The notes beneath the pieces are model-generated. The model worked only from the letters and a program-made list of their open reading frames with translations, had not been told where the DNA came from and did no database searches. A program made the translations under genes and the position numbers. A stretch of 64,000 nucleotides of DNA from an uncultured Chloroflexia bacterium (GTDB lineage: Bacteria; Chloroflexota; Limnocylindria; Limnocylindrales; CSP1-4): positions 317,473-381,472 of the forward strand of contig CAWBLU010000003.1 of the NCBI GenBank assembly GCA_963789725.1, written 5' to 3'. This document shows, piece by piece, positions 26,985 to 36,889 of this stretch (position 1 is the first letter of the stretch; the number at the start of each line of letters is the position of its first letter).

Positions 26985-27057
26985 GTCCCCGTAGCTCAGT
27001 GGATAGAGCGGCCGCCTTCTAAGCGGCGGGTCGTGGGTTCGAATCCCGCCGGGGACG
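26985..27057 (+). tRNA. tRNA-Arg (anticodon TCT); CCA encoded at 27058-27060
   Basis: Hand-folded cloverleaf: acceptor GTCCCCG/CGGGGAC, D-arm GCTC/GAGC, anticodon stem GCCGC/GCGGC with loop CTTCTAA, T-arm GTGGG TTCGAAT CCCGC. Confidence 0.95.
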
Positions 27058-27074
27058 CCAATTCCCGCCGCACG

Positions 27075-28232
27075 TCACGCCGGATGGCGATCGGGTGACG
27101 GGGTGCGCCCCAGCCGTCTCACGGCGACGCTGCTGGCGGCGATGCTGATCGCGACCGAGGCCAGCAAGGCGGCGTAGATTTCCTGGCTTATGGAGTGGGA
27201 GGCGACAAGGGCCGAAGCCAGCACGAAGCTGAACTCGCCGATCTGGCCCAGGCCGACCGCGAGCTGGGCGTGCCGAGCCGGCAGCCGGATCAACCGGGCG
27301 AGGACATACGCGGTGCCGACCTTGGCCAGGACGATCAGGCCGACAAATACCGCCAGCCAACCCAGACCCCTGCCCAGGGCGGCCGGGTCGACGAGTGTTC
27401 CGATGGCAACGAAGAAGAGGACTGCCAGGAGGTCTCGGAACGGCAACAGTCTTAGCCTGGCCTCGGCCGACTCTGGGCTCTCGGTCACTGCCAGCCCGCC
27501 GACGAACGCGGCCAGTGCGAGTGGCACGCCGAAGATCGCCGACCCGGCGCCGGCCAGGGCGAAGCCACACGCCACTGAGACAATCAGGAAGAAGTCGTGC
27601 TGGCTCGCCACTTCGCGGAGCACTCGCGGCAGGAGTCTTGCGACAACGAGGGCCAGGCCGGCGAAGGCGACGAGCCCGAACAGGGTCAGGGCCAGGCTTC
27701 GGCCATTCGTCCCGACAGAGGCCAGCAGTACCGCCGCCACGGTGACGCCGGTCAGGTCCTGGAGCACACCCCAGCCGAGCAAGGCGGTCTCGGTCGGCCT
27801 GTCGGTCGTTCGCCGGACGCTGCGAGTCATGTTCGCGATCACCACGCTCGACGAGAGGGCCAGGCATAGGCCCAGCACGGCCGCCGAGAGGGGCTCTACG
27901 CCGAGGCCGACCATGACGCTCGCGGAAACCAGGGTTGAGATAGCCATCTGAGCCGGAGCGGCGACGAGCAGCCCGCGCTGCTCGTGTCGAAGCTGGAGCG
28001 GGTCCACCTCGATGCCCACCTCGAAGAGCAGGAGAACCACGCCCAGGTCGGCCAGCAGCTGCAACCGCTCGCGATCGGCTACGTAGCCGGGGGTGAACGG
28101 AGAGACGGCGAGCCCAAGGGCGAGATAGCCCACGACGGCGGGCAAGCCGACCCGCCGGGCGACCCAGCCGCACGCAGCCGCGGCCAGAAGTACGAGCCCG
28201 ATCTCGAGGATGGCCGGAGCGGTGGCGTCCAC
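27075..28232 (-). CDS. cation:proton antiporter (CPA2 / Na+/H+ exchanger family)
   Basis: 385 aa with about 11 TM helices and typical Kef/NapA-like sequence patterns. Confidence 0.9.
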   Translation of the reverse strand: MDATAPAILEIGLVLLAAAACGWVARRVGLPAVVGYLALGLAVSPFTPGYVADRERLQLLADLGVVLLLFEVGIEVDPLQLRHEQRGLLVAAPAQMAISTLVSASVMVGLGVEPLSAAVLGLCLALSSSVVIANMTRSVRRTTDRPTETALLGWGVLQDLTGVTVAAVLLASVGTNGRSLALTLFGLVAFAGLALVVARLLPRVLREVASQHDFFLIVSVACGFALAGAGSAIFGVPLALAAFVGGLAVTESPESAEARLRLLPFRDLLAVLFFVAIGTLVDPAALGRGLGWLAVFVGLIVLAKVGTAYVLARLIRLPARHAQLAVGLGQIGEFSFVLASALVASHSISQEIYAALLASVAISIAASSVAVRRLGRTPSPDRHPA

Positions 28233-28373
28233 GTCCTAATCGTAGTTGGCTGCGGGCGGGTTGCGAAGACGGCCCATCGGGAGCGCCGCGCCGGAATATC
28301 ATCTGGCCGGCGTCCGCTGGCATCAACCAGGGAGAGACCCGGTAGGGGACCCGGGAGAGGGGAAGTACAGGCC

Positions 28374-31300
28374 GTGTGCCGCTTCGTCCGTTTGGCGCTC
28401 GTCGCAACGCTTCTGGCCGTTCTGGGGGCGTCTGGCGCGGGGCCCGTCTGGGCGGCTCCGGCCGTGCCGGCGGATCAAGGGAGCCCGCAGGGCACGGCGG
28501 CCGAACCAGCCGCGGCGGCGCAGGGCCTGGCCGGCATCGCTCTCCAGGACAACAAGAAGTCCGCCGCATACCCCAAGGCGGACTGGACCATCGCCGCGGT
28601 CATCGAAAGCGTCCATGCGAGAGGCGCTGCGGCGGCGTTGAGCGAAGCGGCAGCGAATGGGCTGACCGTCGCCGGCCCTCGTGTCCGGGTAATCGTCGAG
28701 GCGTCCGATGTGCCCGGCGCCGCCGCGGCCGTGGCCGCAACTGGTGCGACCGTGGAGGTCCAGGCCGGAGCACTGATCCAGGTCCTGGCCAGCCCGGATC
28801 AGATCTCGAGCTTCATGGCCGCCGGGGTCGTCCGCTATGTCCGGCCGCCTCTGCCGCATTCGGCCGAGGCCGTCGTCGACGAGGGCGTGACGTCGACCAA
28901 CGCCCTGGGGCTTCAGCAGACCGGCCTGACGGGAGCCGGGGTCAAGGTAGCCGTGGTCGATATGGGTTTCGCCGGCCTGGCCGCGGCCCAGGCGAACGGC
29001 GATCTGCCGGCGTCACTGACGAGGGTGGATGACTGCTCCGGCGGATTCGGTACCGCCACCAACCACGGCACCGCCGTCGCCGAGATCGTCCACAAGATGG
29101 CACCCGACGCGAGTCTGTACTTGATCTGCATCGGGACCGAGGTAGAACTCGCCCAGGCCGAGACCTACGTCAAGGCCAACGGCATCACGATCGTCAACCA
29201 CTCGGTCGCCTGGGTCAACTCGGGCCGCGGAGACGGCACGGGCGGGCCGGGCACTCCCGACGCGACCGTCGCCGATGCGAATGCCAACGGCATCTTGTGG
29301 GTGAACGCGGCAGGCAACGACGCCACGAACCACTGGAGCGGCACGTTCGTCAGCGACGGCACCCCGACCCACCCCTGGATGCTGTTCGCCGCGGGAAACA
29401 TCGGAAACGGCTTCACCCTGGCAGCCGGCGCGACCGGCTGCGCTTACCTCAAATGGGATAGCTGGCCGTACACGGCCCAGGATTACGACCTCTTCGTCAT
29501 CCGAGGTTCGGACGGCGCCTATGTCGTGTCGAACAACAACCAGGACGGTTCTCAGCCGCCCACCGAGTCGGTTTGCTTCACGAACGACGGGGCCACTCAG
29601 ACGTTCTTCGTGGCGATCAATCGGTGGAACGCCACGGCCTCGCCGCGTTTCGACCTTTACGTGTGGCAGGCCAGCCTGCAGTACCAGACGGCCGCGGGCA
29701 GCGTGACCGAGCCCGCCTCGGCCCCCGCCGCCTTCGCCGTCGGAGCCGTCTGCTGGCAGGCCAGCACCATCGAGCCATTCAGCTCACGCGGTCCCACGAT
29801 CGACGGCCGGATGAAGCCCGACATCAGCGGTCCAGACCAGACGTCGACTCTGACCTACGGACCGTTCAGCACGTGCGGAGGTTCCGGGTTCTCCGGCACC
29901 TCGGCTTCGGCACCGCACGTCGCGGGTGCGGCGGCCCTCGTCAAGGGCCAGAATCCAACCTACACGCCGGCCCAGCTCAAATCGTTCCTCCAAACACACG
30001 CCGTCGACCGGGGAACGCCCGGCGCCGACAACACCTACGGATCGGGCATGCTCTTCCTGCCCAGCGTGCCGGGCAAGCCCACCGCCGTCAGGGCCGTCTC
30101 GACGGCCAGCGCCTCGGCGACGGTCTCCTGGACGGCTCCCGCCTCCAACGGTGGCAGCACGATAACCGGCTATACGGTGACGAGCTCTACGGACGGCAAG
30201 ACGTGCTCGTGGTCGAGCGGACCGCTCACGTGCACCGTTTCGGGACTCACCAACGGCACGGCCTACACGTTCACCGCGCGGGCCACGAGCGGCGTAGGGA
30301 CGGGACCGCTCTCCGATCCATCCAATAGCGTCACGCCGGGAGCCCCCGACAAGCCGACGGGGGTGATCGCAACCCGAGGCGACGGCGCCGCCACGGTCTC
30401 CTGGTCAGCGCCCGCGGACAACGGCGACGCCATTATCGGCTACACCGTCGTGTCAAACCCGGACGGTCGGACCTGCGCCTGGTCGACGGGGCCGCTCGCC
30501 TGCACGGTCTCCTCGCTGACCAATGGCACGGCGTACTCGTTCACGGCGACGGCTACAAACGGTCGCGGCACTGGGCCGGCGTCGAATCCATCCAACAGCG
30601 TCGCGCCCGCAGGGCTCCCGGGCAAGCCGACGGGCGTCGCGGCCAGCCCGTGGGACGGCGCGGCGATCGTGACATGGGCGGCTGCGCCGACGAACGGCAG
30701 CCCCGTGATCGGCTACACCGTGGCCTCCAACCCGGACGGTCGGACCTGCGCCTGGTCGACGGGGCCGCTCGCCTGCACGGTCTCCTCGCTGACCAATGGC
30801 ACGGCGTACTCGTTCACCGTCACGGCCACCAACGGCGTCGGCACGGGTTCCGCTTCCGACCCATCCACCCCCGTGACCCCGACGGCCGCGACATCGCCCG
30901 ATGCTCCGACCGGCGTTCAGGCCGTGGGCGGCTCCGGGTCGGCGATCGTGAGCTGGTCCGCCGCGACCCCGAACCGCAGCCCGATCATCCATTACACCGC
31001 CACGGCCTCGCCGGGCGGCCGAACCTGCACATGGTCGAGCGGCGCGCTGTCGTGCCTCATCACAGGCCTTGCGGACGGCGCCACCTACGGCATCACGGTC
31101 ACAGCCACGAACGGCGTGGGTGAAGGTCCCGCCTCCAGCCCTGCGGTGTCGGTAACAGTTCGAAAGGGGGCCACTTACTTCCCGCTCACGCCGAGCCGTA
31201 TCCTCGACACTCGCGACGGCACCGGTGGCCTGTCGGGCCCGTTCGATTCGCGTTCGGCCCGAACGTTCCAGGTGAGCGGCCATGGGGGCGTGCCCGCCGC

Positions 31301-32321
31301 CGCAACCGCGGTAACAGGAAACTTGACAGTCACCGGGCAGACGAGCAACGGTTACCTGTTCATCGGCCCAGTCGCGATGAACAACCCTACGAGCTCCACC
31401 CTGAACTTCCCGGTCCGCGACGATCGAGCCAACGCTGTCACGGTCGCTCTTGGGGCCGGGGGCACCCTGTCGATCACTTTCGCCTCCCCGAACACGAGTT
31501 CGACCGCCCAGGTGATCTTCGACGTCACCGGCTACTTCATGTCCGACTCGGCCGGCGCCACCTACTACCCCCTCACTCCCGCCCGCATCCTCGACAGCCG
31601 TGACGGAACGGGCGGTCTGGGCGGAGCCTTCAGCTCGCACCTGGCCCGGACGTTCCAGGTCACGGGCCGTGGGGGCGTACCCTCGGGCGCGACTGCGGTC
31701 ACGGGCAACCTGACCGTCACCGGGCAGAGCAACAACGGTTTTCTGTTCGTCGGTCCCATCGCCATGAACAACCCCACGAGTTCCACCCTCAACTTCCCTG
31801 TGCGGGATGACCGAGCAAACGCGGTCACGGTTGCCCTGGGTGGGGGCGGGACGCTGTCGATCACCTTTGCGGCCCCGGCGATGGGCAAGACCGCCCACGT
31901 GATATTCGACGTGACCGGCTACTTCCTGCCTGGCCAGGGCGGGGCCACGTATGTTGCCCTTACCCCGGCTCGAATCCTCGACAGCCGTGACGGCACGGGT
32001 GGCCCGGGGGGAGCCTTCAGCTCGCACGTGGCCCGCTCCTTCCCGGTGACCGGCGCAGGCGGCGTGCCATCGAATGCCACGGCCATTACCGGCAACCTGA
32101 CGGTCACAGCGCAGGCCTCCAACGGCTTCCTGTTCATCGGCCCGATCGCGATGAACAACCCGACCAGCTCGACGCTGAACTTCCCCGTGCGCGACGATCG
32201 AGCCAACGGGGTCACCGTTGCCCTCGGCGCAGGCGGCAGACTATCGGTCACGTACGCGGCTCCAACGATGGGCAAGACCGCCCACGTGGTCTTCGACGTT
32301 ACCGGCTACTTCCTGCCGTAA
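28374..32321 (+). CDS. secreted subtilisin-like (S8) serine protease with 5 fibronectin type III domains and 3 C-terminal ~129-aa repeats
   Basis: GTG at 28374 gives the signal peptide VCRFVRLALVATLLAVLGASGAGPVWA. Catalytic D (VAVVDMGF), H (NHGTAVA) and S (GTSASAPHVAG). FN3 modules span about 30061-31160 and C-terminal repeats 31169-32318. The track ORF start at 27984 overlaps the antiporter gene and was rejected. Confidence 0.9.
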   Translation: MCRFVRLALVATLLAVLGASGAGPVWAAPAVPADQGSPQGTAAEPAAAAQGLAGIALQDNKKSAAYPKADWTIAAVIESVHARGAAAALSEAAANGLTVAGPRVRVIVEASDVPGAAAAVAATGATVEVQAGALIQVLASPDQISSFMAAGVVRYVRPPLPHSAEAVVDEGVTSTNALGLQQTGLTGAGVKVAVVDMGFAGLAAAQANGDLPASLTRVDDCSGGFGTATNHGTAVAEIVHKMAPDASLYLICIGTEVELAQAETYVKANGITIVNHSVAWVNSGRGDGTGGPGTPDATVADANANGILWVNAAGNDATNHWSGTFVSDGTPTHPWMLFAAGNIGNGFTLAAGATGCAYLKWDSWPYTAQDYDLFVIRGSDGAYVVSNNNQDGSQPPTESVCFTNDGATQTFFVAINRWNATASPRFDLYVWQASLQYQTAAGSVTEPASAPAAFAVGAVCWQASTIEPFSSRGPTIDGRMKPDISGPDQTSTLTYGPFSTCGGSGFSGTSASAPHVAGAAALVKGQNPTYTPAQLKSFLQTHAVDRGTPGADNTYGSGMLFLPSVPGKPTAVRAVSTASASATVSWTAPASNGGSTITGYTVTSSTDGKTCSWSSGPLTCTVSGLTNGTAYTFTARATSGVGTGPLSDPSNSVTPGAPDKPTGVIATRGDGAATVSWSAPADNGDAIIGYTVVSNPDGRTCAWSTGPLACTVSSLTNGTAYSFTATATNGRGTGPASNPSNSVAPAGLPGKPTGVAASPWDGAAIVTWAAAPTNGSPVIGYTVASNPDGRTCAWSTGPLACTVSSLTNGTAYSFTVTATNGVGTGSASDPSTPVTPTAATSPDAPTGVQAVGGSGSAIVSWSAATPNRSPIIHYTATASPGGRTCTWSSGALSCLITGLADGATYGITVTATNGVGEGPASSPAVSVTVRKGATYFPLTPSRILDTRDGTGGLSGPFDSRSARTFQVSGHGGVPAAATAVTGNLTVTGQTSNGYLFIGPVAMNNPTSSTLNFPVRDDRANAVTVALGAGGTLSITFASPNTSSTAQVIFDVTGYFMSDSAGATYYPLTPARILDSRDGTGGLGGAFSSHLARTFQVTGRGGVPSGATAVTGNLTVTGQSNNGFLFVGPIAMNNPTSSTLNFPVRDDRANAVTVALGGGGTLSITFAAPAMGKTAHVIFDVTGYFLPGQGGATYVALTPARILDSRDGTGGPGGAFSSHVARSFPVTGAGGVPSNATAITGNLTVTAQASNGFLFIGPIAMNNPTSSTLNFPVRDDRANGVTVALGAGGRLSVTYAAPTMGKTAHVVFDVTGYFLP

Positions 32322-32421
32322 CGACCCGGAGCTGAGGCGAGCGGACCGGTCGGTACCGGCCCGCTCGCAGGGCCCTCGCGACGGTTGGAGGGGCGCGCTC
32401 CCGGCCGCCCTGGCGGGCCGC

Positions 32422-33456
32422 CTAGCGTCCGGGCGGGCTAGTGTCCGCGGCTGCCCGCGCCCCGAGTTCGAGCGTGGCGGCGAGGACCTCTCTCTGACGG
32501 CCGGCGGTCATGCCATACCAGGGCACGGCCAGGATGACGCGGTCGGCGACGCCCTCCCACGCGCGAAGCCGGTCGAGAGCTTCGTCCGGGCGGCCGGCGA
32601 CGGCAACGGCGTCCAGGAGTTCGTCGTCGATCAGGTCCGCCATCCGCGCCCGGTCGCGGTTCACGAAGGCCCTCCGCAGATCCCGCGGCAGTGCCCCGCG
32701 GCCGTGAAGTTCCAGGATCGGCTTGTAGGAGGGCGTCGTGGCGTAGAAGGCGATCTGGAGCCGCGCGGCCCGCCTGGCTTCGTCGGGGTCGTCGCCAACG
32801 GAGACCAGGGCCATGGCGTTGACTGGGCAGGCGCCGTCGGACCTCCCGGCGCGCTCGAGACCGGCATCGATCGCCGGTCGAACCGCTTCGCGGAGATAGA
32901 GGGGAGAGGCCAGCGGGTGCCCGATCAGGCCGTCGGCGACCTCGCCGCAAATGCGCGACATGACCGGGCCGACGGCCGCGACAAGGATCGGAGTGTCGCG
33001 CCGCTCCGGACGGGGCGGCCCGTGGAAGGTTGGCATAGTGATCCGGTATGCGGCCCCTTCGTGGACCAGGGGCTCGCCGCGATTGGCCGCCCAGACCGTT
33101 CGGACGGCCTGGACGTACTCGCGCATCTGGGGCCCGGCTTTGTCGACCCGCACCGAAAAGCGGGCCTCGAGGACCCGTTTGACCTGCGGCCCGAGGCCCA
33201 GCATGAAGCGCTCCCCGGACATCTCGTCGAGATCCCAGGCCGTCATCGCCGTTACGGTGGGGGAGCGGGGGAACGCCAGGGCCACGGCGGTGCCAACCCG
33301 GACGCGGCTCGTCGACGCGATCGCGGCCGCGGCCTGGACGAAGGCGGTCCTGTCGAGTTCGGCCAGCCAGACGGACTCGACCCCGGACGATTCGGCCCGC
33401 CCGGCCAGGTCCGAGACCTCGGGCATAGTGCCCCCGATCGCGACGCCGACTTTCAC
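32422..33456 (-). CDS. luciferase-like monooxygenase (LLM) family oxidoreductase, probably F420-dependent
   Basis: LLM-type TIM-barrel pattern (VESVWLAELD..., FMLGLGPQ...). GTG start at 33456 (VKVGVAIGG). Confidence 0.75.
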   Translation of the reverse strand: MKVGVAIGGTMPEVSDLAGRAESSGVESVWLAELDRTAFVQAAAAIASTSRVRVGTAVALAFPRSPTVTAMTAWDLDEMSGERFMLGLGPQVKRVLEARFSVRVDKAGPQMREYVQAVRTVWAANRGEPLVHEGAAYRITMPTFHGPPRPERRDTPILVAAVGPVMSRICGEVADGLIGHPLASPLYLREAVRPAIDAGLERAGRSDGACPVNAMALVSVGDDPDEARRAARLQIAFYATTPSYKPILELHGRGALPRDLRRAFVNRDRARMADLIDDELLDAVAVAGRPDEALDRLRAWEGVADRVILAVPWYGMTAGRQREVLAATLELGARAAADTSPPGR

Positions 33457-33517
33457 GGCTTGACTGTAGCGGCCTCGACGCTCGTCCCGCTCGGTGCCGG
33501 CGCGGAGCCGCCCGGGT

Positions 33518-34963
33518 CTACGGCGGCGACGCAACGACCATGATCCTGAGTTCGGTCATGTCCTCGATGGCGTAGCGAACGCCTTCGCGGCCGAGCCCGG
33601 AGTCCTTGGAGCCGCCGTAGGGCATGTGGTCGATGCGGTAGGTGGGGACGTCGTTGACGATGACGCCGCCGACTTCCAGGCGTTCGAACGCTGCCCACGC
33701 ATTGGCGAGGTCGTTCGTGAAGATGCCCGCCTGGAGCCCGAAGCGGCTGTCGTTGATGCCCCGAAGCGCATCGGTGAAGTCCGTGAAGCGGGAGACCACG
33801 ACGAGGGGCGCAAAGGCCTCTTCGCGGCAGACGCGAGCCCCGGCCGGCACGTCGGTAAGGATCGTCGGGGAGTATTCGAGCCCATCGGCCGTGCCGCCAA
33901 GGAGGACCCGGGCGCCCATCGCCCTGGCTTCGTCGACCCAGGCGCCGGTCCGATCGACGGCCGCCGTATCCACCATGGGCCCGACTTCGGTCTCGGGGTC
34001 GAGCGGATCGCCCACCTTGAGACGGCGCGCCGCCTCGACGAAACGGCCCATAAAGTCGTCCCAGATTGCCGCGTGGACGAACACGCGCTGGACGCTGATG
34101 CAGACCTGACCGGCATAGCTGAATGCGCCCGCGACTGTTCGCCGGACCGCCCAGTCGAGGTCGGCCGACGCGTCGACGATGACGCCCGCGTTCCCGCCCA
34201 GCTCGAGCACGACCCGCTTCTTGCCGGCGCGCTCCTTCATCCCCCAGCCGACGGCCGGACTGCCGGTGAATGTCAGCAGCTTGAAGCGATCGTCGCCGAC
34301 CATACGATCGCCGATCTCGCGGCTCATCGGCAGGATGCTGACGGCGCCTTCGGGCAAGCCTGTCTCGGCCACGATTTCGGCCACGGTGAGCATCGTGAGA
34401 GGGTCCTTGGAGGGCGGTTTGAGGACGATCGGGTTGCCCGAGGCGATGGCCGGAGCCAGCTTGTGGGCCGCGAGGTTGAGCGGGAAATTGAACGGGCTGA
34501 TGGCCGCGATCGGGCCGATCGGGAAACGGCGCACGATCCCGGTCCGGCCGCGTGAAGCCGGATTGAGGTCGAGCGGGATGACCTCGCCGCCGATCCGCTC
34601 GGCTTCCTCGGCCCCGACGCGGAAGGTCAGGACCGCCCGATCCACCTCGCCGAGGGAGTCGCGGATAGGCTTGCCCGATTCAGTGGCGATGAGCCGGCCG
34701 ATCTCCTCGCGTCGGGCGGCGATGCCGGCGCTGATGTGGCGCAGGGCCGCGCTACGCTCGAAGGCGGGCAGCCGTCGTGTGTGCTCGAACGCGGCAACCG
34801 CCGCCGCGACCGCCTCCTCGTACTGTCCGGAGGTGGCGGTGTAAGTGGCACCGGCGGGGCTCCCGGGGCGGGCCGGGTTGTCGATCACCAGCAGATCGGG
34901 CGAGTCGACCCATCGGCCGGCAAGGAAGATCGGATGGGGAACGGTTCCGAGGGAGGCGGCCAC
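33518..34963 (-). CDS. aldehyde dehydrogenase family protein
   Basis: Catalytic region ELGGNAG and FSYAGQVCISVQRVFV (Cys nucleophile); 481 aa. Confidence 0.95.
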   Translation of the reverse strand: MAASLGTVPHPIFLAGRWVDSPDLLVIDNPARPGSPAGATYTATSGQYEEAVAAAVAAFEHTRRLPAFERSAALRHISAGIAARREEIGRLIATESGKPIRDSLGEVDRAVLTFRVGAEEAERIGGEVIPLDLNPASRGRTGIVRRFPIGPIAAISPFNFPLNLAAHKLAPAIASGNPIVLKPPSKDPLTMLTVAEIVAETGLPEGAVSILPMSREIGDRMVGDDRFKLLTFTGSPAVGWGMKERAGKKRVVLELGGNAGVIVDASADLDWAVRRTVAGAFSYAGQVCISVQRVFVHAAIWDDFMGRFVEAARRLKVGDPLDPETEVGPMVDTAAVDRTGAWVDEARAMGARVLLGGTADGLEYSPTILTDVPAGARVCREEAFAPLVVVSRFTDFTDALRGINDSRFGLQAGIFTNDLANAWAAFERLEVGGVIVNDVPTYRIDHMPYGGSKDSGLGREGVRYAIEDMTELRIMVVASPP

Positions 34964-34990
34964 GTCGTCAGCTCATGCGCATAAGTGGAC

Positions 34991-35308
34991 TCAGGCGGTG
35001 GCGCCGCACTTCGGGCAAACCAGCCGGCTGAGGGTGCAGTCGAGCCCGCAGCTGGAGCCACGCGCGCAGACGTCGCACCTGGGGTTGTTGTGCTCAGCGA
35101 TGGCCTGCTCGCCACAGCGGTCGAACCAGGTCCCTCTGCCGGCCCGCCTGAGCCGGTCGCCGTCGCTCTCCATGAGGCGGAATGAACCGCGGAATTCTAC
35201 GACTGTACTCACGTCGGAGACGATACAGCCTTGAGGGCCCGAGGGAGCCGCGTACCGACCACGGCGACCGACGTCCCCGGGCTCGGCTGGCTTAACGTGG
35301 CCGGTCAC
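34991..35308 (-). CDS. hypothetical Cys-rich small protein (zinc-ribbon-like C-terminus)
   Basis: C-terminus CDVCARGSSCGLDC...CPKCG. The start is uncertain (GTG at 35308, or the internal ATG at 35173). Confidence 0.35.
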   Translation of the reverse strand: MTGHVKPAEPGDVGRRGRYAAPSGPQGCIVSDVSTVVEFRGSFRLMESDGDRLRRAGRGTWFDRCGEQAIAEHNNPRCDVCARGSSCGLDCTLSRLVCPKCGATA

Positions 35309-35608
35309 GCGGGTGTGCCCGCTCCTTCCTCGGTACGCTCCTCAAGCCGGGTCTCGCTGGGGTCAGTGATAGCCGCCACAGACGCATGCGGGTCGCGGCC
35401 GACGGAACATGCCGCCCGGGTGATCGTCACGCATGCGGCGCTCTCGCCCGTCCCGCAATGGGCCGGCAGGTCCCCTGACTCTGGTACCGCCTCCTCGAAC
35501 TTCCGGAGGTGCTACCTTCTACTCCGCTCGCGTTCGGCATGCCGGCGCGAAATTCGGCCCGACCATTCGCGGCAGCGTCCGCGTCCCGCAAGAGGGGTAC
35601 TGTTCCGG

Positions 35609-36232
35609 ATGAGCCTTCGCTGGCGCGGCTGTCTGCTCGAAATCGTCGAGACCGTCCTCCTCACGGTCATTATCTTCTTCGTGGTCCACCAGTTCGTGGC
35701 CGAACCGCGGGAGATCTCGCAGGCATCGATGGAGCGCACTCTCGAGCCGCACCAGTTCGTGCTCGTGGACAAGCTCTCGCCCGTGTTCAGCGACTACAAG
35801 CGCGGCGACATCATCGTCTTCACGCCGCCGCCGGGCTTCCAGGAGAACGGCGACGTGCCGTTCATCAAGCGCGTGATCGGGGTCGCCAACGATCTGGTCG
35901 AGATCCACGACGATGCGGTGTACATCAACGGGGTCAAGCTGATCGAGCCGTACGTCTACGACAGCCAGCCGACGTCGCCCACGACGGGCAAGTCTGCCTG
36001 GCGAATCGGTCCTGGCCAGCTCTTCGTGATGGGCGATCATCGCCAGGAATCGCAGGACTCGCGCGCGTTCGGCCCGATAGAGAAGTCGACCGTGATCGGC
36101 CGGGCGTGGCTGCGCTACTGGCCGCTGTCGACGCTCAGCTGGGTCGGTTCGGCGTCGTACCCGGGCGTGCCGGATGCCTCGCCCCTGCCGTCGGGCCAGC
36201 CGGCCATCGAGCCGTCACCTTCGGGCCAGTAG
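35609..36232 (+). CDS. lepB: signal peptidase I
   Basis: SMERTL (catalytic Ser), GDIIVF, IKRVIGVANDLVE (catalytic Lys), GDHRQESQDSR boxes. ATG at 35609; the upstream part of the 333-aa track ORF is not protein-like. Confidence 0.9.
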   Translation: MSLRWRGCLLEIVETVLLTVIIFFVVHQFVAEPREISQASMERTLEPHQFVLVDKLSPVFSDYKRGDIIVFTPPPGFQENGDVPFIKRVIGVANDLVEIHDDAVYINGVKLIEPYVYDSQPTSPTTGKSAWRIGPGQLFVMGDHRQESQDSRAFGPIEKSTVIGRAWLRYWPLSTLSWVGSASYPGVPDASPLPSGQPAIEPSPSGQ

Positions 36233-36256
36233 CCGACAAGACCGGTTCGAGCCGGC

Positions 36257-36889
36257 TCAAACGGCCTCGGCCAGTTCGTCGGCCTCGGGCTTGGCAGCCG
36301 CTAGACGCTCCACCACGCCGAACCGCGACCTCTCCAGCGTGTCGATTGCCAAGCCCTCCGCAACGACGTGTTCGAGCGGCTCGCGCAGCAGGTGATCTGC
36401 CTGGAAGCGGACCGCGAGCGGATCGAGCAGGCGTTCGAGCGCCCGGACGAGCATGTTCGGGCTGCGCACGTGTTCTACGAAGAGAAGCCGGCCGCCCGGA
36501 CGCAACACGCGGACTGCCTCGGCAACGGCCCGGCGATCGTCTGGGATGGTACACAGGACGAAGAAGAAGACCACGGTGTCGAAGTGGTCGTCGGGGTAGG
36601 GGAGCGACGCCGCGTCGGCCTGCCGGAAGGAGACCTGGATGCCCAGCTCCTCGGCCCGTCGGCGAGAGGCCTCGAGCGCCACTTCGCTCAGGTCGATCGC
36701 CGTCAGTTCCAGGCCCTTCGGATAGAAAGGCAAGGTGCGGCCGCGGCCTATCCCGACCTCCAGCGTCTCGCCAGCGGCCTGCTCGCACAGCCAGCGCATG
36801 TTGGCGTCGCCGCGCGAGGCCGGACCGTTGGCCTTGCGCCGATCGTAGATGCGGTGGACTCGCTCGGTCTCGGTCTCGTGACCTGGCAT
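36257..36889 (-). CDS. class I SAM-dependent methyltransferase
   Basis: Motif I LEVGIGRG. Post-I acidic residue and the LRPGGRLLFVEH motif. Confidence 0.85.
   Translation of the reverse strand: MPGHETETERVHRIYDRRKANGPASRGDANMRWLCEQAAGETLEVGIGRGRTLPFYPKGLELTAIDLSEVALEASRRRAEELGIQVSFRQADAASLPYPDDHFDTVVFFFVLCTIPDDRRAVAEAVRVLRPGGRLLFVEHVRSPNMLVRALERLLDPLAVRFQADHLLREPLEHVVAEGLAIDTLERSRFGVVERLAAAKPEADELAEAV

Larger units (their letters stand above)
17726..27024. mobile_element. integrative element in tRNA-Arg(TCT): integrase + prim-pol/helicase + iterons + single capsid gene (candidate phage satellite)
   Basis: Perfect 42-bp direct repeats at 17726-17767 and 26983-27024. Integrase lies adjacent to the right repeat. 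Codon style appears less GC3-rich than the flanks (by eye). Confidence 0.8.

Noticed and set aside
27984-28373. N-terminal 130 aa of the 1445-aa track ORF for the S8 protease
   Set aside because: It overlaps the antiporter gene on the opposite strand and precedes a clear signal peptide that starts at the GTG at 28374.
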